From: an uncultured bacterium
GTDB lineage: Bacteria > Planctomycetota > UBA1135 > GCA-002686595
DNA: 64,000 nucleotides
Direction: 5' to 3'
Assembly (NCBI GenBank): GCA_943787795.1
Contig: CALSNU010000004.1
Location: forward strand, 256,001 to 320,000
The notes beneath the pieces are model-generated. The model saw only the letters and a program-made list of their open reading frames with translations. It was not told where the DNA came from and made no database searches. The translations under genes were made by a program, and so were the position numbers. Below are positions 59,051-64,000 of this stretch, piece after piece (positions within the stretch are counted from its first letter, which is position 1; each line of letters opens with the position of its first letter).

Positions 59051-62000
59051 ATGAAGGACACCGCTGAGGATCTTGAGACGAGAGCGCTGCGACGCTCCCT
59101 CCGGGCGCGGCGACCGCTGGCGGTCGCCGCTCGGGCGGTCGTCAGCCTGGCGGGATGGGTGTGCTTCGTGGGGATCCTGGTGGCGCTGCTGGCGGAGAAC
59201 CACCCCGCCCTCGAGCGCTGGGTCGCCCAGGTGGTCCGAGACCGAGTCGCAGGTGCCCTGACCCGCTCCGTGCAGGTCGACGACGTGGACTTCCGGTGGC
59301 TGGATCGCTCGGTGGCCTTCCGGGGTATCGCCCTCGGGCCGACGGGGCGTGAGCTCCAGCTCGATGAGCTCACCTTGCGCATCGGCTGGAACCCCGAGCG
59401 AGGCCTGCACCTCGACCGAGTGGTCCTCGAGGGCGGCGTCCTCGAGCTCTCCGAGGCGCTCGCTGTGGACATGGAGAAGGTCGGCGAAGGGGACCAGACC
59501 ACCCTCGATTTCCTCGCCAACAGCCCCGAGGTGGTCGTCCGAGACCTCCGCGTGCGGGTGGTCCCGCCGCAGAGCAGCACCATCGCGCTCGGGTCCGTCG
59601 ACCTCTGTATGACCCGACTCACGGACGAGCTGGCGTCGATCTACGGTCGCCTCGTGCCCGCGCTGGGCAGCACTCCGGGCGGCGCCGGGGTGGTGTGGCT
59701 GAACGGGACCCTCGACGCCAACAGGGTCGCGCGCGTACGGGGAGTCGCGCGCAGCCTTGAGCTGGGCAGCGCGCTGCAACGCCGCGCCCTCTCGAACGGC
59801 CTCCTCCCCCCCGAGCTCCTCGCCCTCGACCCCAGCGCGAAGATCGACCTGGTCGCCCACGCGAGCTATGAGATTGGCCGTTCGCTCCTCCCGGACGTGA
59901 ACGGGACGCTGCAACTCTCCCAGGGTGCGCTGGAGCTCCCCTGGATCGAGGACCCGTCCAAGCGGACAGCCACGGACATCGCATTGCTGGTGGACGGGCG
60001 GTTCAACCCGGAGGATCCCGACCACCCGTTCGACCCCGAGGCCTGGCAAGGGCGAGGCGTCCTCGAGGGGCGTATCGGTGGCGTCAAGGCGGCGGCCGGA
60101 TTCCGCCTCGGAAAGGACGCTCCGCTGGGCTCTTCCCTGGAGGTCTGGGCCGACGTTCCCGCCGCCCCGCTGGGCGAGGAGCTGATGGTGTTGATCGGAA
60201 ATGAGCAGAGCCTCTCTGACGTCCACGAGATGCTGGCCAGCCAGGGACAGGCAGACATCAGCCTCGGGGTGCGACTCCGGACCGACGGCGACCCCGGCGG
60301 CGAGCTGGTCGACAACCTCGAGAAGTTCGCCCTCGTCCGCCCAACCGGCGGCGCAGCCCTCGCATACCACGGGGTCGTCGATCCGCGGACCCGGCGGCAG
60401 GGAACCGGATTTCCCGTTCCGGTGGAAGGGGTCATGGGCGACGTCACCTGGAGCGTGCGCACCGAGGGTGAATTCCGCGGACAGCTGGCGTTCTACGACG
60501 TGACCTGCTTCCAGGCCGGCGGCCCGCTCGAGGTCCAGGGGTCGCTGCACTTCACCCCCACTCCGCCGGGTGAGTTGCCCGAGAAGGAAGATCGACCCCC
60601 TGCGCCCTTCCACCTGATCGTCCAGTCCAACTCGCTCCCGGTGGACTCTGCGTTCAGGGCGTCCTTTGACTCGCTCCGCGACGTGGACGCAGCACAAGAG
60701 ATCGTGCCGACCTGGGGTCCCGACGGCGGCGCGCTCGACTTCAAGCTGGAGCTATGGAGGGGACCGGACGATCTCCACATGATCACAGCGATCGACGCCC
60801 AGCTTCGAAACGTCGGCTTCACGTGGGATGCGTTGCCGGTGCCGATCACGGATACGAACGGGCAGCTGCGCATCCGCACCCACACCCAGGGGGAGCGCTC
60901 CTCCCTCCAGCTTCAGGCGACCGCCAGGTCCCCCATCGCTGCCAGCCCAATCCAGATCGAAGGCCGAACGATGAGCGCGGGCACCGACCGCGGGCTTGAG
61001 TGGTTCGAGGTCGACCTGGGCGGCCTGAATCCAGGGCACGAGGCTCTCCGGTCGAGCCTCGTGCAGAACGGCTCGGAGGCCTTGGCTGCCCTCGATGGCT
61101 CGGGGCTCGCGGGGTCCGTCGACGTGAAGGCCACGGTCACACGGGCCATCCCCTTGGCTGACGCCAGAGCCCTCGGTGGCGAGGGGAGCGCTGTTGGCAC
61201 AGGGTCGAACGAGGAGGCTTACCTCGGAGGGCCCGAAGCCTGGCTCGAGTTCCGCCCCACCGATTCCCGCAGCGGGGTCCAGCTTCGCCCCTCGGCGCCC
61301 GGGATCACCACCCGCGAGACCCACGGGAGCGTCCGGGCGTGGACCATGCTGCCCTCCGAGCCCGCCCTGGCGGGAGGAGGGGCTCCGCAGCCGCTCACCT
61401 GGGTCCAAGGGCGCGTCCAGGGCCGGTGGGCCCAGGACGGCCCTCACGTCCCCGTGGTGGCCTTCCTCGAGACCGGCCCAGCCCGAGCGCCCGAACTACG
61501 CGCCTTCGGCGCCGGGCTCGACCTCGCTGACGACAAGCTGGTCTCCGCTCTGACCAGCATCGCCCTGCCCGATGAGTCCACCGGACCCTCCTTCGCCGAT
61601 CAGCAACTCGAACTGCAGGGGCGCGCAGACTTCGAGACTCGACTGCGGCTACCCGAGGAGCCCGGCGCCCCGGTCGAGGACCTCGAGGTCTCCGTGGAGA
61701 CACGCCTGGATCGACTTGGGTTCGGAGACGAGAAGCGGCTGAGCGAGGTGTCCGCGCACTTCAGGCTTGAGCCCGGGACGGGGCAGTGGATCGGAGAGGA
61801 GATCAACGGGCGCCTCGCTGGGACTCCGGTGCAGCTGTCTGACTTTTCATGGGCCCCTGGCGAGGACCGCTCCACCTTCCGCACCCGGATCTCCGCCCCG
61901 AATCTCCCCATCGATGAGGAGCACCTGAGGTTCTTCCTCGACCCCGGGACCCTTCGGACGGTGCTCGATGACCTCAAGGCGAGCGGGCGCTTCGCCCTCG

Positions 62001-62953
62001 AGGACACCACCCTCGAGATCACCACGGAGAAGGACGGGTCCACGGAGGTCTTGCTCGAAGGGGACGTCGCCATCGAGGAGGTGTTCCTGCTGCTCGGCGT
62101 CCCGATCGAGGTGGACAACATCGACCGGATGCGGCTCAAGCTGGCGCATGAGGGGAGCGGACTCCGAACCCGCGCCACCATCGAAGGCCTGAACGGCGCG
62201 CTCGCCGATCGCCGCCTGAAGGAGGCAACGCTACAGCTGAGCTATGTGGAGCCACGCCTAGTCATCGAGGCCTTCGAGGGCGACTTCGAGGGAGGCCGGC
62301 TCCTGGCGGTGGGCAGCGATGAGGCCGCCGCGGCCCCCCTGCTCGTGATCGACCTGGCCCCGCCATTCCCCTTTCAGCTGGCAGCAGAGATGCGTGACGT
62401 TGACGTCGGCCAGTTCCTGCGGGGACTGTTCGACTCCGACTTCGCCAACCGTGGCCGGATGGACATGACGCTCCGACTCGGGGGCGACTTCGAGCACCTG
62501 ACCGCCATGACCGGTGGAGGTGAGATCGAGCTCCGTGACTCGGCGCTCTGGGCCATCCCGGTCTTCCAGGCCCTCTCCGTGGGGCTCGGCATCGACACCA
62601 CCGTCCTCTTCCGCGAGATGTACGCGCGCTACACCATCGCTGACGGTGTGCTCGAGATGGACCGCTTGCGCGTCAACAGTGACCTGCTCTCCCTCGTCGG
62701 CGCGGGGACCGTCAGCTTCGAGGGGAATGTCACGAGCGACCTCGACGTTCGTTACTCGCTCGTTGATCGACTGGGGCCATTCACGCAGCTGGTCTACTGG
62801 ATCCAGGAGAGCCTCCTGCGCGTCTCCATCCGTGGGACCGTTGAACGGCCGGCGGTCGTGCTCCGGGGACTCGCCTCCAGGTTCTTCACTCCTGCCGAAG
62901 ACCGCGACCGCCTTCCCCTCCCCGGCTTCTCTCGCAGGCCGAGGCGCTTCTGA
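59051..62953 (+). CDS. AsmA-like/YhdP/TamB family bridge-like lipid transfer protein
   Basis: N-terminal TM anchor, 1300 aa of beta-rich sequence, C-terminal GAGTVSF..DLDV...VSIRGTVERP. Confidence 0.75.
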   Translation: MKDTAEDLETRALRRSLRARRPLAVAARAVVSLAGWVCFVGILVALLAENHPALERWVAQVVRDRVAGALTRSVQVDDVDFRWLDRSVAFRGIALGPTGRELQLDELTLRIGWNPERGLHLDRVVLEGGVLELSEALAVDMEKVGEGDQTTLDFLANSPEVVVRDLRVRVVPPQSSTIALGSVDLCMTRLTDELASIYGRLVPALGSTPGGAGVVWLNGTLDANRVARVRGVARSLELGSALQRRALSNGLLPPELLALDPSAKIDLVAHASYEIGRSLLPDVNGTLQLSQGALELPWIEDPSKRTATDIALLVDGRFNPEDPDHPFDPEAWQGRGVLEGRIGGVKAAAGFRLGKDAPLGSSLEVWADVPAAPLGEELMVLIGNEQSLSDVHEMLASQGQADISLGVRLRTDGDPGGELVDNLEKFALVRPTGGAALAYHGVVDPRTRRQGTGFPVPVEGVMGDVTWSVRTEGEFRGQLAFYDVTCFQAGGPLEVQGSLHFTPTPPGELPEKEDRPPAPFHLIVQSNSLPVDSAFRASFDSLRDVDAAQEIVPTWGPDGGALDFKLELWRGPDDLHMITAIDAQLRNVGFTWDALPVPITDTNGQLRIRTHTQGERSSLQLQATARSPIAASPIQIEGRTMSAGTDRGLEWFEVDLGGLNPGHEALRSSLVQNGSEALAALDGSGLAGSVDVKATVTRAIPLADARALGGEGSAVGTGSNEEAYLGGPEAWLEFRPTDSRSGVQLRPSAPGITTRETHGSVRAWTMLPSEPALAGGGAPQPLTWVQGRVQGRWAQDGPHVPVVAFLETGPARAPELRAFGAGLDLADDKLVSALTSIALPDESTGPSFADQQLELQGRADFETRLRLPEEPGAPVEDLEVSVETRLDRLGFGDEKRLSEVSAHFRLEPGTGQWIGEEINGRLAGTPVQLSDFSWAPGEDRSTFRTRISAPNLPIDEEHLRFFLDPGTLRTVLDDLKASGRFALEDTTLEITTEKDGSTEVLLEGDVAIEEVFLLLGVPIEVDNIDRMRLKLAHEGSGLRTRATIEGLNGALADRRLKEATLQLSYVEPRLVIEAFEGDFEGGRLLAVGSDEAAAAPLLVIDLAPPFPFQLAAEMRDVDVGQFLRGLFDSDFANRGRMDMTLRLGGDFEHLTAMTGGGEIELRDSALWAIPVFQALSVGLGIDTTVLFREMYARYTIADGVLEMDRLRVNSDLLSLVGAGTVSFEGNVTSDLDVRYSLVDRLGPFTQLVYWIQESLLRVSIRGTVERPAVVLRGLASRFFTPAEDRDRLPLPGFSRRPRRF

Positions 62954-63390
62954 TGGCCCCACATGACCCGAAGCGCGTGGCCCTGGGCGTGGACCACGGC
63001 ACACGCCGGACCGGCTTCGCCGCGGCCGACGCCTCTCGGATCCTGATCTCCCCGCTCGACCCGGTGCAGGGCGGCGATGCAGAGGCGCTCGACGCCATCG
63101 CAGCCCTCTGCGAGGAGCGCGATGTGGGAGTCCTTGTGGTGGGGTATCCGCTCCACATGGACGGCGCCACTGGACCACGGGTCGCGGAGGTCGACGCCTT
63201 CATCACCCTCGCCGAGCAGCGCTTCCCCGAGCTGGGAGTGGTCCGGCAGGACGAGCGCCTCACCACCCGTGAAGCCGAGGAGCGGCTTCGGGAGGCCGGC
63301 TATCACGGCGCTCAGCGAAAGGCCCGCAAGGACTCCTGGAGCGCGATGATCCTCCTGGAGGACTGGATCAGCGCCGGCGAGCCTCGATAG
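62953..63390 (+). CDS. ruvX: YqgF/RuvX pre-16S rRNA nuclease
   Basis: LGVDHGTRRTG.A, VVGYP..MDG, DERLTT, DSWSA..LLE. Confidence 0.92.
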   Translation: MAPHDPKRVALGVDHGTRRTGFAAADASRILISPLDPVQGGDAEALDAIAALCEERDVGVLVVGYPLHMDGATGPRVAEVDAFITLAEQRFPELGVVRQDERLTTREAEERLREAGYHGAQRKARKDSWSAMILLEDWISAGEPR

Positions 63391-63395
63391 CCCGC

Positions 63396-63497
63396 GCCGA
63401 GCCCCTGTGGCCGCACCGAGCTTCTGTGGCCGCACCGAGCCCCTTTGGCCGCACCAAGCCCCTGTGGCCCCGCCGAGCCTCTGTGGCCTCACCAAGC
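63396..63497. repeat. Five+ 19-bp tandem units just after the ruvX stop
   Basis: (g/a)cc(g/a)agcccctgtggccgc consensus. Confidence 0.8.
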
Positions 63498-63584
63498 GTC
63501 GGTCGCCCCACCCCCGGCGGAAGCCCGGTCAGCGACGGCTCCCCGGCGGCTGCTCCCCGGACACCCGCCGGCCTCAGCTGCGGG

Positions 63585-63664
63585 CCCGACCCCGGCGCCC
63601 CGACCCCGGCGCGCAGGGTCTCGCGCGCAGGGTCTCGCGCGCAGGGTCCAGCGCTCAGGACCCT
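63585..63664. repeat. 14-bp-period tandem units running into the hydrolase stop
   Basis: cccgaccccggcgc x2, gcgcgcagggtctc x2, gcgcgcagggtcca, gcgctcaggaccct. Confidence 0.7.
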
Positions 63665-64000
63665 GTGTTCGAGTCGAGGAAGCGCACGATCCGCTCGCGG
63701 ATCTCTGCGCTCTTCGAGTCATGCAACGGATGGTGCCGCTGTCCCTCCACCACCAGGACCTCCACGGTGCCTCCCTCCTGCGCGCGACTCCAGTCGGGGC
63801 TGCTGATCGGGTCGTCGCTGCCGTGCACGATGAGCACAGGGATGTCGAGCTCAGCGACGCGCGCGAGGTGCTCCCCGGAGCTCCGCGCGGCCTCGTCGAT
63901 GGCGCGCTGGGTGATGACCTCGTGCGTGAGCTCGGAGGCGGACCATGCTGTCGCTTGCGCGGCGGCGGAGGTCAGGTCATCGGGCCCGTACCCCGTCGAG
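63655..64000 (-). CDS. Alpha/beta hydrolase (lysophospholipase-like), 5'-truncated by the window edge
   Basis: Frame is open to the window end: ...DIPVLIVHGSDDPISSP...EGQRHHPLHD. Confidence 0.8.
   Translation of the reverse strand, partial: STGYGPDDLTSAAAQATAWSASELTHEVITQRAIDEAARSSGEHLARVAELDIPVLIVHGSDDPISSPDWSRAQEGGTVEVLVVEGQRHHPLHDSKSAEIRERIVRFLDSNTGS

Noticed and set aside
1..64000. tRNA, rRNA, integrase, transposase or prophage
   Set aside because: None recognised by eye; a tRNAscan/Rfam run would be needed to exclude small RNAs

Overview
High-GC (~70%) bacterial chromosomal segment, probably a planctomycete of the OM190/Saltatorellus-type lineage (inferred from the DUF1800/DUF1501 pair, HEAT-VWA protein, Cys-rich secreted proteins and Gram-negative envelope genes). 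It is mostly housekeeping and metabolic genes: xylAB, ppsA, a HtrA protease, rpsN, hisS, hutI, and a long hlyC-recO-bamD-lptE-ftsH-folP-dacA-glmM-tsaB run followed by an AsmA-like gene and ruvX. Four things stand out. (1) A gene missed by the ORF track (9186-9836, minus strand) reads through two in-frame UGA codons. Each UGA sits at the Cys position of a heavy-metal-associated (HMA)-like domain and is followed by a SECIS-like hairpin, so this is a candidate secreted selenoprotein with two selenocysteines. (2) A compact RiPP-like operon: two B12-dependent radical SAM enzymes with C-terminal RRE-like domains plus a 58-aa acidic peptide ending ...EERISPSETNVFDK. (3) A bacterial histone-fold protein with a Lys-rich N-terminal tail. 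(4) A PilX-like protein carrying a ~145-residue (AAAEK)n rod flanked by KSx repeats. Several short, drifting tandem arrays grow out of gene stop codons. Three genes carry +1 homopolymer frameshifts, most likely sequencing errors. No tRNA, rRNA, CRISPR or mobile element was recognised.
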